A stretch of 64,000 nt of DNA from assembly GCA_025594325.1 (NCBI GenBank), contig JANHCV010000003.1, forward strand, positions 558,001-622,000. Reading direction: 5' to 3'. Of the stretch, positions 33,724 through 45,957 are shown one piece after another. Under the pieces are notes generated by a model. It saw nothing but the letters and a program-made list of their open reading frames with translations. It ran no database searches and was not told the origin of the DNA. Source of the stretch: Blastocladiella emersonii ATCC 22665. Its lineage: Eukaryota; Fungi; Blastocladiomycota. Made by a program: the position numbers and the translations under genes. Numbering within the stretch: the first letter of the stretch is position 1; each line of letters begins with the position of its first letter.

Positions 33724-33972
33724 ACCTATCGTATTCCCGCTGCGCCAACTGGCTACAATACATTCCCCTCGTGTCGTCCATGCCACCATAGATTTGCCGG
33801 TCAACGGAACGAGCAGGTCCGGCGAGATCACCCAGCAGCACGCGCGCCCCGACGCGTTGGGGCCACCGACCTCGCCTGTCCCTGTGATACGATCGGGATT
33901 CCCTGTGATCTCGGGCCCACACGGGTCTTGGCGCTGTTGGTCGTCGTGGTCGCCGCGGTGGCGGCGGTGGGG

Positions 33973-33978
33973 TATAAA
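33973..33978 (+). promoter_or_regulatory. TATA box upstream of the THI20-like gene
   Basis: TATAAA about 75 nt upstream of ATG 34052. Confidence 0.5.
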
Positions 33979-34051
33979 GCGCGTGAGGGTTCCAGCCTCC
34001 GACCCTCGCTCTCTCCCTCCGAGCTCCTCATCGATGCAGCAGCACCGGACC

Positions 34052-36012
34052 ATGGCCCCGTCGACCACCACCACCTCCGCCAACGGCCTCCCGCTGCCGC
34101 CGCCGCGCGCACTCACCATCGCCGGGTCCGACTCGGGCGGCGGCGCGGGGATCCAGGCTGACCTCAAGACGTTTGCCGCGCTCTCGGCGTACGGCATGTC
34201 GGGTACGTCGTGTTCTCCCGGAACCCCCAACCTCGACGCACGCTGACCCTCGCCTCGCTCCTCGTAGTCGTCACGGCGCTCACGGCGCAGAACACGCTGG
34301 GTGTCGACGCGATCCACCCGGTCCCCGACGAGTTTGTTGCCGCGCAGTACGAGTCCGTGTCGTCGGACCTGGGCGTCGACGCCGTCAAGACGGGCATGCT
34401 GTTCTCGGGCTCGCTGATCCGCACCGTTGCCAAGTGCCTCTCCTCGTCCGACGACGAGGACGACGAGGTCGCCGAGTCCCGCCGCCCGTGGCTCGTCGTC
34501 GACCCCGTCATGGTGGCCACGTCGGGCGACGCGCTGCTCGCAGCCGATGCCGTGGGCGCGCTCGTCGACCACCTCCTCCCGCTGGCGTCGGTCGTGACGC
34601 CGAACCTGCCCGAGACCGAGCTCCTGCTCGCGCAGTACCACGAGCGGTTCCCGGACCGCCCCCGTGTCGCCACGCCCATCACCAGCGTCGCGGGGATGCG
34701 CGAGGCCGCGCGCGCGATCCACGCGCTCGGCCCGCAGTTCGTCCTCGTCAAGGGCGGACATCTCCCGCTCGACGCCATGTCGCTCGCCCCGATCGAGGTC
34801 GACGCCAAGGGCGACCTCGTGGCGCGCGGCACCAAGGCGGCGCAGAACGCCGTCTGCGTCGACGTCCTGTACGACGCGAAGCGCGACAACTTCACCGTGT
34901 TCCGCAGCCCGCGCGTCGACTCGACGTCGACCCACGGCACCGGGTGCACGCTGAGCGCGGCGATTGCCGCGCACCTCGCGCGCACGCCCCGTTCCGCGGG
35001 TAAGGTCGGTGGCGACGTGGTCGTCGACGCGGTGCGCCGCTCGATCGCGTACGTCCACCACGCCATCGTGTACGCGTCGCCGTCGCTCGGCATGGGCCAC
35101 GGCCCGCTCAACCACGGGTTCGCCATCGCGCCGTGGAACCCGACGGTCGTCGGCGACGCGCCCGTTGTGGGCAACGGCGGTGTCGAAGTCGACCTCCTGC
35201 CCGGCCCCGTCGGCGGGGTCACCGACGCGCTCGCCAAGGTGAACGTCGACGAGGCCGACACGGCCGAGCCCATGGAGATCGTGACGCTGACGGAGCTCGG
35301 GTGGCGGCGCGAGGCGCAGCTGGTGCCGACGCCGCGGTCGTTTGTCGCGCTGCTCAAGAACGCGTGCGCGGCCGAGTGGCGCGCGTACACGCACCACGCC
35401 TTTGTGCAGGGGATGGCCGACGGCACCCTGCCGATCGCCTCGTTCAAGCACTACCTGACCCAGGACTACGTGTTCCTGACGCACTTTGCGCGGTGCAACG
35501 CCCTCGCCGCGTACAAGTCGCAGACCATGACCGACATCGTCTTCTCGGCCGACATCGTGTGCCACATCGCGCGCGAGGCGCAGCTGCATGTCGGGTACTG
35601 CGCCGAGTGGGGGATCGACCGCGCCGCGCTCGCCGCCACGCCCGAGGCCCGCGCTAACATGGCGTACACGCGGTTCACGCTCGACCGCGGCATGGCCGGC
35701 GACGTCATGGACCTCCGCGCCGCCCTCGCGCCCTGCCTGTTTGGGTACGGCGATATCGGCACCCGCCTCGCCGCTGACCCCAAGACGGTCAAGGACCACG
35801 ACAAGAACCCGTACTGGCGCTGGATCAGCAACTACGCCGCCCCCGACTACCAGGCCGCGTGCCGCGACGGCGAGATCCTCCTCGAGCGGCTCGCTGTCGA
35901 GCTCGGCGTCTGGCACGCGCCGGCTCGTGTTGCCGCGCTCGTCGAGACGTTCCGTAAGGCGACCCGCCTCGAGATCGGGTTCTGGGACATGGGCCTCAAC
36001 GTCGAGTGGTAG
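34052..36012 (+). CDS. THI20: HMP/HMP-P kinase (ThiD) fused to TenA/thiaminase II (THI20/21 family), 2 exons
   Basis: [31 protein letters not shown]|[53 protein letters not shown], then TenA ([12 protein letters not shown]...YLTQDYVFL...LAPCLFGY...RLEIGFWDM). Intron 34203-34267. Confidence 0.95.
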
Positions 36013-36387
36013 ATCACGGTCGCAGGTCCCTCAACGTCGTGGCCGGAACCCCTGGTCGCGATCACGGACGCGGCGTGTCGGTTCCCCTGCTCCTCATGCT
36101 TTCAGTGCAAGTTGTAACAATACAATCGCATCCTCTACATCCACCATCATCATTCTCGCGCTCGAGAGAACATTTACACCTCGTTCCATCCATAGGAGGC
36201 CTCGAAAACCACGCGGACAGGTTTGGCATAGCGTCAGGTGACCTCAAACTCTGTTGCCGACCTCGTCCTCCCGTGCCGCTGCCGCCACCATGCACAACCT
36301 TGTGTGCCGCCGTGCCAGTCTGCCGTCTCCTCCGCTCGGTCAACCGCACGCAGAACGCCCTGTAACTTGCCCGCAACCGCATTCACC

Positions 36388-37110
36388 ATGTCCGAGTCCG
36401 ACGTTAAGCTGTACGCAGGGCCTCCCCGTGCTGCTGCGCCGTCGCGACCGCTGCCGTCGCCACCACCGACTGCGGGCCCCCGTGGGTGGCTCAGCCCTGC
36501 GACCGGGACAGGGGCCGAGCGCATTATGGCCATGATGATGAAGATGGAGGAGAGGCCGACATCGCGGTGGTGGTGGCGGTGCTGCGACGGCGCGAGGATC
36601 AGGTCGCTGCCGGGCCAGACCACTGACGACGCATGAGGCATTTTCCCTCTGCCCTACCACGACCCTCGTGTATATCGTACCGTGACGACGACAACTACCG
36701 CGCTACGCTCGCCGCTGCTGATCCCGGCCATGCAGCAACACCATCGGCTTCGGTACGCCAGCTCAGTCGGACCTGCGCTCCCCACGCACGATCCTAACCA
36801 CGGACCCGCTGCCGCCGCTGTGCAGACGCCCGCTTCCCCAACACCAACCAGACCAAGCACTGCTGGCAGAACTACGTCGACTACCACAAGTGCGTCGAGG
36901 CCAAGGGTGAGGACTTTGCCCCCTGCAAGCAGTTCGCCAAGGCCTACAAGTCGCTCTGCCCCTCCATCTGGGTACGCCGCTCATCCTCGCGCTCTCTGAT
37001 GATCTTCCTGCTTACCCGCACCTCGCCGCTACTTGTAGATGGAGAAGTGGGACGAGGCCCGCGAGGCTGGCGTGTCGCCCCACTTTGGCCGCCCCGCTGC
37101 CCACCACTAA
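36388..37110 (+). CDS. COX12: Cytochrome c oxidase subunit 6B (Cox12), 4 exons including 23-nt and 17-nt coding exons
   Basis: Exons 36388-36410, 36736-36752, 36826-36971 and 37039-37110 give [73 protein letters not shown], with the twin CX9C/CX10C pattern. Confidence 0.93.
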
Positions 37111-37313
37111 GGTCGTCCTCTTCACCGACCCAGCGTGTGTGCGCACGACGTGCCCGTACCCCCCTTGCATGTGCATGAAATTGTAAGCGTCTTGTCCTGA
37201 TTGATCTCTACCCCACCCCTCGCGCCGCGCGCCGCCCGCAGCTCCCCTCGCTCGCTCGCTCGGACTCTTTTTTCTCTCCTTCGAACCCAATATGAATTGA
37301 TTATCTACTACTG

Positions 37314-38485
37314 CTACGCCCGTTCCACGCGAAGCAGCGCGATCGGCGCACCCACCTCGTCGGGCGGGAACCACCCGCTCCCGCCGAGCTCGGCGCACTC
37401 GACGGCGTACTTCATCCCGCGCGACCGCAGGTGCTCCCCCAGCGCCGCGTACGTCGAGTCGCGCCGCACCGCCGTCGCGAGGTACACGACCGGATCTTTC
37501 GCGGGCGCCGCCGCCGACGCGCCAAAGAATGCCGCGAGGCAGCTCGTCAGGCCAGGCAGCAGGTCCGGGTCGTACGCCGTGTCCGCGCACAGCACCACGT
37601 CCGGCACCGATGCGGGGACCGGGTCCGCGGACGTCGCCGTGAACCAGTCGACGCACGCCACGTCCATGGCCGGCGCATCAGTGGTGCTGGACTGGAACCG
37701 CTTTACGTTGGCCGCGAGCAGCCGCAGCACGTCGCCGTGCACGTCCGTCAGCGTGACCCTGCGCGCGCCGACGGCGGGCGACGCGAGGACTAGGCCTAGC
37801 ATCCCCGCACCGCTGCCGAGCTCGACGACGTGCTGCCCGCGGACCAGCGAAGGGTGACGCAGCAGGTACTCGGCGAGCGCGAGCGATGCCGGCCACGACT
37901 TGAGGCCCGTTGTCCCGCCTGAGATGGTCCGCTTGTGCTCCATGGTCGACACGTAGCTGTCGGGCGAGCCGGTCAGAGAGGTGAACCACGTCTTGAGGGT
38001 GAAGTCGGGCCCGCGCTCTAAATACGGGAACGGTTAGCGAGGCGATGGACGTGATGCGGGTGTCCAGGTACGTACCCCACGGCGCATCGGGATCCGGCAC
38101 CACGCTCGCGGCTTCGCACCGGAACATGACAAGCTGCTCGTCGACCTCCTACATCTCCTCGCGTCAGCGCCGTCGCACCATCCATCACCTCGCCGTCGTC
38201 GCGACGCACCTCGAACGCCGCCTCGATCCGCCGCATGTACAGCCGCAGGAACGTGCCCGTGTACTCGGCGCACGGCATCACGTCGCGGTCCGCCGCCCAC
38301 TGCAGGACGTCGGCGGCCACGGCGGCCTGGAGCTCAGGCGTGACCCACGGATCGGCCGTGCCCTCGAACCCCGCCACGGTCCCCAGCCACGCGAACAGGT
38401 GGTGCGGGCAGTTGCCGAGAAACTGGCGGCGCACGGCGTGTAGCGCTTCGGGGGGTGTGAGCGCGGCGGTTGCAATAGGTTCCAT
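37314..38485 (-). CDS. EFM3: Protein-lysine methyltransferase of the FAM86/EEF2KMT (Efm3) type, 3 exons
   Basis: FAM86-like N-domain (VRRQFL...PCAEYTGTFLRLYMRRIE). Methyltransferase motifs ISGGTTGLKSWPASLALAEYL, VVELGSGAGMLG, VTLTDVH, DVVLCADTAYDP. Confidence 0.8.
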
Positions 38486-38849
38486 GGGCTACTGGGTGTG
38501 CAAAGGTGCGAATTGGGAGGACGGAGGAAGGGTGGGAGGGGAGGGTGGCGAAGTCGGCCACGACGGAGGGCGGTCGGCGACAACGAGTGCACACCACGGA
38601 CACAAGTCTTCCACCTCCTGGCGCTCCTAGTGCATGGCCATCGACACGATTAAACAGAGATCACAAGTGTGATCACGGCCGCGAGGGTGATGGAGACGGG
38701 TCAGGTGAGGTTCGCGTACACACGGGCGCCACGCCGACGGCGGCGACTCACTGCACGTCTCACGCGCGCGTCCTTCGTCTCCGCTCCCCCGCCGCGACCC
38801 ACTGCCCATGAAACGCTAGACACCGAAACCCACACCACGACTTTGCGCA

Positions 38850-41800
38850 ATGCCCGAGTACTCGATCGAGGGCGTCTCGGTCAAGTTTCCGTTCGACGCG
38901 TACCCGTGCCAGATCGAGTTCATGGCCAAGGTGATCCGGGCCCTGAACAACGTACGCGCGGACCCTGTGACAGCTCTCTTCGGACGGGACTAGTCCTGAT
39001 ATGGTGTGAGCGAGTAGAAGACGCATGGCCTCCTCGAATCGCCGACAGGGACGGGTAAGACGCTGTGTCTCCTGTGCGCGACGCTCGCGTGGCGCGAGCA
39101 CTACATGCGCACCAACGCCTTTTACCGGCCGCGCGTCGAGGTCAAGTACGAGAGCCCGTTTCCCGGCGTCAAGAGCGGTACGCTGTCTAGGTTGGGTGTT
39201 GGCATGCGCATGCTGACATCGAGTCGCCCGACAGAGTCCGGCACCCGCGATAGGGAGGACGAGGAGGGACCCAGCGCGCCGCGCATCTACTACTCGTCGC
39301 GCACCCACTCGCAGCTGTCGCAGGTCGTCAAGGAGCTCAAGCGCGCCGGATACAAGTACGCGGTGCTCTGCCAGTCCCCGCGCTCGACCTCAACTGACCC
39401 TTCCTCGACGCACGTGTAGTGTTCGATCCGCTGTCATCGGCTCGCGCGACCACCTGTGTCTTGTCGACGAGGTGCGCAAGCTGCCCACGTCCGCCGCGCA
39501 GGCGCGCATGTGCCGCCGCAAGGTCACGACGCGCAGCTGCGCGCACTACAACGCGACGGATCGTACGTTGCGCTCATTGCCGAGCATGGGTTATGCGGCT
39601 CACCACAGATCGCGTAGGCATGAAGACGGACGAGGGCATCTACGATATCGAGGAGGTCGTGCAGTACGCACAGGACCGACGGTACGCTTCCTCGACCGCG
39701 TAGCCGAGCAGCACCGCAGACTGACGCCGAAGAATGTGTAGCGCGTGCCCCTTCTTCGTGTCGCGCAACTCGATCAAGGCGGCCGACATCATCTTCCTGC
39801 CGTACAACTACCTCATCGACCCCGTGAACCGCAAGCAGCAGAACCTGGACCTGAGCGACGGCATCATCATCTTCGACGAGGCGCACAACCTTGAGAGCAG
39901 CTGCACCGACGCAGTCTCGGTCGAGTTCAACGAGGCCGACCTGACGGCGTGCCTCGACGAGATCAAGACGTGCATCCCGCTCGCCGCCGCGTCCAAGGAC
40001 GCCGAGCCCGCCGACTTCAAGATGCTGTACGACTCGCTCGAGACCATGGCGCTGCACTTCCGCACCCTCGAAGTCCCGCGCACCGGGTACCGCATCGAGC
40101 CCGGCCGGTTCCTGTACGACTTTTTCCAGCAGTTCCAGATCACGCAGAACTCGGTCCCCGCGCTCCTCGCGACCCTTGAAACGGGCGCCGAGCTCATCGT
40201 CAACGACCAGTCCGCGCACCGCCGGTCGCGCGGCGCGCTGTCCAAGTTCAACACCCTGCTCAGCACCGTGTTCCGCGACGCGCTGCGCCTCGACTACGTC
40301 GGCACCATGCGCGCGTTCAAGGTGCACCTGTGCTTCGAGCCGATCCCGGCGCCGCCCGGCGGCAGCACGAGCGGCGGCGCCGCGGGCAACCGGCCCACGC
40401 AGCAGCGCGTGCTGCACTTCTGGTGCTTCCACTCGGGCATCGCGATGCGCGACCTCGTCAACCAGGGTGTGCGCACGTGCATCCTGGCCTCGGGCACGCT
40501 GAGCCCGCTCGACAGCTTCGCGCAGGAAATGGGCGTCCCGTTCGCCGAGACGCTCGAGAACTCGCACGTCATCAAACCGTCGCAGCTGTTCATCGGGGTC
40601 GCCGGCCGCGGGCCCAACGGGATCACGCTCACGTCCGCGTTCGCGACGCGCAACAGCCCGGAGTACCACCAGGACCTCGGCAACGCCGTCACGGCGCTCA
40701 TGCGCATCGCGCCCGAAGGGTCGCTCGGGTTTTTCCCGTCGTACAGCGTCATGGACCTGCTGCTCGGGCAGTGGCACCACAAGGGCATGATGGACCTGAT
40801 CACGCGGCAGAAACCCGTGTTCGTCGAGCCCAAGGACCGCCGCGAGCTCAACGGGATCATCGACGAGTTCACGGACGCGGCGTGGACGGGCCAGTCCAAC
40901 GGCACTTTCCAGGGCACCGTTAACCAGAACAAGGGCAGCCTGCTGTTCGCCGTGTGCCGCGGCAAGGTCAGCGAGGGCATCGATTTCGCGGACCACCGCG
41001 GCCGGCTCGTCATGGTGCTCGGGATCCCGTACCCGAACGCCAAGGACCCGCGCGTCGAGCTCAAGCGCCAGTTCCTCGACGAGATGCGCAGCGCCGGGCT
41101 CGGGCGCCTGTCGGGGCAGGACTGGTACCAGCAGCAGGCGGCGCGCGCCATCAACCAGGCCGTCGGCCGCGTCATCCGCCACCGCCACGACTACGGCGCG
41201 ATCATGCTCCTCGACGAGCGCCTCGGCTACGCCAACATCCGCAACCAGATCTCGAAGTGGCTCCGCCCGCACGTCCGCTCGTTCAACAACTTCAACGACG
41301 TGCTCGCCCCGCTCGCCGAGTTCTACCGCGCCAACCAGGCCGAGCTCGGAAGGCTCGTCGAGCAGCCCGACCTCCAGGACATGCAGCGCCGTAAGCTCGA
41401 CCGGAACGGGATCGCCGGACCGGGCAGCCGACCCGAGATGCGCGCGCGCGCGTTGCCCGAGCCGCCGCGCAACTCGGCGTTCTCGATCTCGCGGTCCATG
41501 GCGGCCGGCGGCGGTGGCGGTCGGTCCGTCGCGGGTGCATCGGCCTCGTCCTCGTCCTCATCGACGGCGGTCAGCGGGAACATGTTCTCGTCACTCCGCG
41601 AGACTGGCGCGTCCACTGCCCCAAAGGGCAGCGGGCTCAAGCGCGCGCACTCGGCGACCGTCGCGGCCAACCCCGCCCCGCCTCCCGCACGCGGTTCCGC
41701 GCCGTCGTCATCCTTCTCGCAGCCCTCCGCGAACCGGTTCGCGCCGGCGCCGCCCGCACCCGCTCCCGCGCCACCCTCGGCCGCCCAGGTCAACAAGAAG

Positions 41801-42720
41801 GCGTCCATCTTCTCCAAGTACGCTGCGTACACGCCCACGGCGACGCCGTCGGCCGCAGCCAGCGCAGTGCTTGGCGTCAACGCGGCCCCGCAGGACGGCC
41901 CGGGCGCCGCGAAACGCGCGCGGCTCAGCGTCATCGACTCGTGCGCGCAGGCGACGCGCGGGACCTCCGCCGCCGGCACCTCGTCAACGGCGCCGCCCGT
42001 TGCGCCCGCGGACATGTCGCTGAAACGCAAACCCGTCGCAGACCCGGCGGCGTTCAAGGACCTGGTGCGGGCCAAGCTGCAGTCGGCGCACGGCGAGTTC
42101 CAGAAGATCCTGCTCGGGTACAAGCAGAAGACGATCTCGGTCACCGAGATGATGGACCGCACGCTCGCGCTGTTCGCGACGGCCAAGTCGGCGGACCTGT
42201 TCAAGGGGTTCACGGCGTTCGTCCCGTCCGAGCATAAGCACGCGTGGCTGCGCATGTACACGGAGCACAGTACGTTTGCGGGTCGCGGAGAGGGTGCATG
42301 GGCGGATGCTGACCTTGAGCGTGATCGTCGTGTAGTGCGCGCGCATCCGAAGGACTACCCTGCGGGTACCACGGCGCCGAGCGGTACGCTGGTTACGAGG
42401 TCGCTACGTCGGGTTCGGACTGACACCTCGACGATAGGAAGCAGCTGACGCGGCGCCGACCCGCGAGTTCGACCTGGCCGCGTGCTTCGTGTGCCGCCGC
42501 GGCCACGACACGCCCTTTGACCACCGCCAGTGCCGCCACCGGCTGTGCTACCGGTGCTGGTTCGAGCCGCGTACGGTTTCTCGGGCTGCACGCCATCGTG
42601 GCCATCGACTGACTCTCCCCCAACGTAGCCGGCGCCCAGCTCCGTGCCGCCTGCCCCGTCCCCGGGTGCACGGCCGCTGTCGTGTCGCGCAACTCGCTCC
42701 GCCAAATCCACTTTACCTAG
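38850..42720 (+). CDS. RTEL1: RTEL1-type Fe-S DEAH helicase with a harmonin-N-like domain and a C-terminal RING
   Basis: FPFDAYPCQ, LLESPTGTGKT, IYYSSRTHSQLSQV, Fe-S cysteines (GSRDHLC...MC...SC...ACPFF), DEAHNLE, ILASGTLSP, AVCRGKVSEGIDF, QAVGRVIRHRHDYG. Helical LFKGFTAFVP domain near 42050-42260. Spliced C-terminal CxxC...CxH...CxxC...CPVPGC; stop at 42718-42720. Confidence 0.85.
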
Positions 42721-42734
42721 CAAACAACGCCATT

Positions 42735-44916
42735 TTACTGTATATACACTCGTGCCGCCTGTTCCGTCGCCGGCGCGGCTGCCTGCAGCCGGCCCTTGAC
42801 CCAGTTCTCAAGCCCGCCCTCGCGCACGAGCTCCTGCGCCGCGAGCCCGACGGCCGGGATCGCGTACGCGCGCACGTCGCCACCCTCACGGGTCACCACA
42901 ACCTTGCCCTCAGCGAGCCGCACCTCGGCCGTCCACCCGGTCGGCACCGTGAGCACGTCCGCGCCAAACGCCTCCCGCGCGTCGCGCACGAGCGCGGGCG
43001 CCTCGAGGACCAGCAGCCCGTTGTTGAGCGCGTTGCGCTTGAACGTCTCGGACGCGGACCCCGCGAGGACGAGCCGCACGCCGGCCGCCAGGAGCGCGGT
43101 CGCGGCCTGCTCGCGCGACGAGCCGGTGCCGAAGTTGAACCCCGCGAGCAGGACGTGCCCCGGCCCCACGTGCGAGGTGAACGCCGGGTCGTAGTTCTCC
43201 ATGACGACGCGCGCCATGGCCGACGCCGACATGCCGTCTTGGTACGTGTACTTGCCCGGGTAGATGCCGTCGGTGTTCAAGTTGTCCTGCGGCACGTACA
43301 GCAGGCCGCCCGTCAGCGTGCCGGGGAAGCCCGGGAGGAGCTCGCCCTGCGTCTCGGCAGTTGAAGAGGAAGCGGCGGACGTGAGGTCAAACTCCTCGCC
43401 CGCGAGCTCGCCCTCGCCCTCGCCCGACACAAACGCCGCGTACTCGGTTAGCCGCGGCACCGCGATCTTCCCCGCGAGCGCGGACGCGGCGACGACGGCG
43501 GGCGACGCGAGGTACGCGAGCGCGTCGGGCGACCCCATGCGGCCCTTGAAGTTGCGGTTGGTCGCCGAGATGCCGACCTCGCCGTCCTTGAGCAGCCCCG
43601 TCCCGAGCCCGACGCACGGACCGCACCCGGCGGGCAGCGCGATCGCGCCCGCGCCCAGCAGCGTCTGCCAGTGGCCCGCGGCCTCGGCCTGCTGCTGCAC
43701 GAGCTTCGACGCGGGCGCCACGTAGAACTCGACGCCCGGTGCGACGCGGGCGCCGGGACCCGCGGCGCGGACGACGTCGGCCGCGAGGGCGAGGTCCTGC
43801 AGCCGCGAGTTGACGCACGAGACCAGGTACGCCTTGTGGATAGCCACGTCGCGGCGCGCGATGGCGCCCACGGGCTCGGCCACCTTGACCGAGTTCGGGC
43901 CTGACACGTACGGCTGCAGCCGCGTCAGGTCGAAGGTCAGCCGCTTGGCGTACCGCGCGTCGGCGTCCGCCGCGAGTGAGGCGGCGCTGCTGGCGAGCGC
44001 GTCGACGGTCTCGGTCGTCAGGCGCGGCGTCGGGCGCCTGACGGCCATGGCGCGCAGCCAGTCGAGCGTGCGCGCGTCGACAGGGAACACGCCGGCGAGC
44101 GCGCCCCACTCGGTGGTCATGTTGGCGACGGCGAGCCGCTCCTCGGGCGACAGGTGCGCGACGCCGGGCCCGGCAAACTCGATGGCCGTGTTGAGGACCT
44201 GGTTGGCGCGGAAGTGCGCGCACAGCGCGAGGATCAGGTCCTTGCCCGTGACGCCGCGCGGCAGGGCGCCGTCCAGGACGACCTGCACGACGGGCGGGAC
44301 CTGCCACCACGTCTGCCCCGTGGCCCAGATCGCCGCCGCGTCGGTCCGCACCACGGGCGTCCCCAGGCACCCGATCCCGCCGTACATGTTCGAGTGCGAG
44401 TCGGACGCGACCGTCAGGGTCCCCGGGAACGCGTAGCCCTCCTCGACCATGACCTGGTGCCCGATCCCGCGGCCCGCCGGGTAGAAGTCGACGCCGTGGG
44501 CGCGAGCGAACGCCTCGATGCGACGGTACTTGTCGAGGTTCGCCGGCGTCGTGTTCTGCACGTCGTGGTCGAGCGCGAACACGGGCTGCCGCGGGTTCGC
44601 GAACGACGTGGCGCCGATGGCCTTGAACCTGGTCCGGGCGAGGCGTTAGAGAGGGTGTCGGAGATCAAGGAAGTGCGACGTAAACGCACTTGGACATGAC
44701 GGCGCCCGTGTTGTCGTGGGTCAGGATGTGGTGCGGCTGGATGTAGACAAAGTCGCCGCTGCGCACGCGCTGGCCGCGCGACAGACCGACGGCGTAGCGC
44801 TGCGTGATCTTCTCGATGAGGTTCTGGCCCGGTGCGGAGGCGACGGTCACGAGGGACCGCGCGCAGAGGTGGGCTCGCATGGCCGCGGGTCGGGCGGTGT
44901 GCATGGCGCGTAGCAT
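42735..44916 (-). CDS. LYS4: Mitochondrial homoaconitase (alpha-aminoadipate lysine pathway), large and small subunits fused, 2 exons
   Basis: Presequence, then GQNLIEKITQRYAVG...HDNT...|ALDHDVQN...GIGHQVMVEEG...ASDSHSNMYGG...YLVSCVNSR...GCGPCVGLG...ISATNRNFKGRMG...DNLNTDGIYPGKYTY...NFGTGSSREQA. Confidence 0.96.
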
Positions 44917-45378
44917 GGTGCTAGTGGTGGCGGATCAAAGCTGCATGTGGAGAGAGCGGGGTTGCTGGAGGAGCGCAGGCAGGGATTTATAGTCCGGGAT
45001 TCAGGGTTCCGCGACGGATCCACGCGGGCGATGCCGGGACGGTGACGCGAGAGACGCGGGCCACGTGCGCGGCGCAGATGGGCGCGCCACGCCACACGGC
45101 ATCAGCCGCGCGCCTGATCATCGGGATCACCATCAGTGGCGCGCAAGATAGGCCCGATAGCTCGCGTGAGCCGGTGTGCCGATGGCCGGCACGTCGGCCC
45201 GTTCCGGTGGGCGGGCTCAGCCCCGCGACGATGTATCAGGTGCACCCAGTACGATGCCATCGCCATCGTCATCGCGCGCGCACCGCTCGTGCCTTGTTCC
45301 CGTCCGCGCGCTCTTAATGTTCGTGGTCCCCTCCTTGACGGCTCTCTCTCCCGCCCATCGCTCGCGAAACCACCCCAG

Positions 45379-45957
45379 ATGCAGTTCCACCACCACCAGC
45401 TCGCCACCGTGCACCCCATCACGCCCGTCGTCCAGCTCCCGCCGCCCGTCGTGGTCCAAGTCGTGCGCCCGGGCGCCGCGCCGTACCTCGCGCACTTCAT
45501 CCCGCTCGGCAACGTGTTCCCGGCGCCACTCCCGCCGCCATCGCAGCCGGCCCTGCGCGTCGAGCGCGTCGACATGCCGATGACCCCGTGCTCGGTCCCT
45601 GTCTTCTACCTGCCCGCGCCCGCCCCCGCTACGCCCGCCCTCGTCGTCCACCAACTCGCGTCTCCCCCGACATCCCCTTTTGACGGCGCGGCGGAGCAGA
45701 TTTCGCGAAAGCCGGTCGGCCGAAAGCCGAAACGCGCCGCCGCCGCCGCGCGAAAACTGTGCGCCGCCGGCATCTCCATCAACCGCACGATGGGTCCCAG
45801 TCGCGGCGCAACTCGCCCGCTCCGGATCCCGACGACGATGCAGCAGCTGCCGGTGGCTTCTACTCGAATGGCGCGCAACAGCAACCGCGGGTCGCTCACG
45901 CTCGCGCGGCGCCGTGCGTTCAAGCGGTGCGGCGTGGCCAAGAAGAAGATTTGGTGA
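45379..45957 (+). CDS. Hypothetical Pro/Val-rich protein with a basic C-terminus (about 192 aa)
   Basis: Likely start MQFHHHQ at 45379, GC3-biased codons, NLS-like RKPVGRKPKR and KKKIW. No known domain recognised. Confidence 0.55.
   Translation: MQFHHHQLATVHPITPVVQLPPPVVVQVVRPGAAPYLAHFIPLGNVFPAPLPPPSQPALRVERVDMPMTPCSVPVFYLPAPAPATPALVVHQLASPPTSPFDGAAEQISRKPVGRKPKRAAAAARKLCAAGISINRTMGPSRGATRPLRIPTTMQQLPVASTRMARNSNRGSLTLARRRAFKRCGVAKKKIW

Noticed and set aside
33724-34267. TPP riboswitch at the THI20-like gene
   Set aside because: No CUGAGA or ACCUGAU core in the upstream region or the 65-nt intron; only a short CCCTGTGAT repeat.
33973-44916. Metabolic gene cluster (THI20, COX12, EFM3, LYS4)
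   Set aside because: The genes belong to unrelated pathways and are interleaved with RTEL1; no shared biosynthetic logic.
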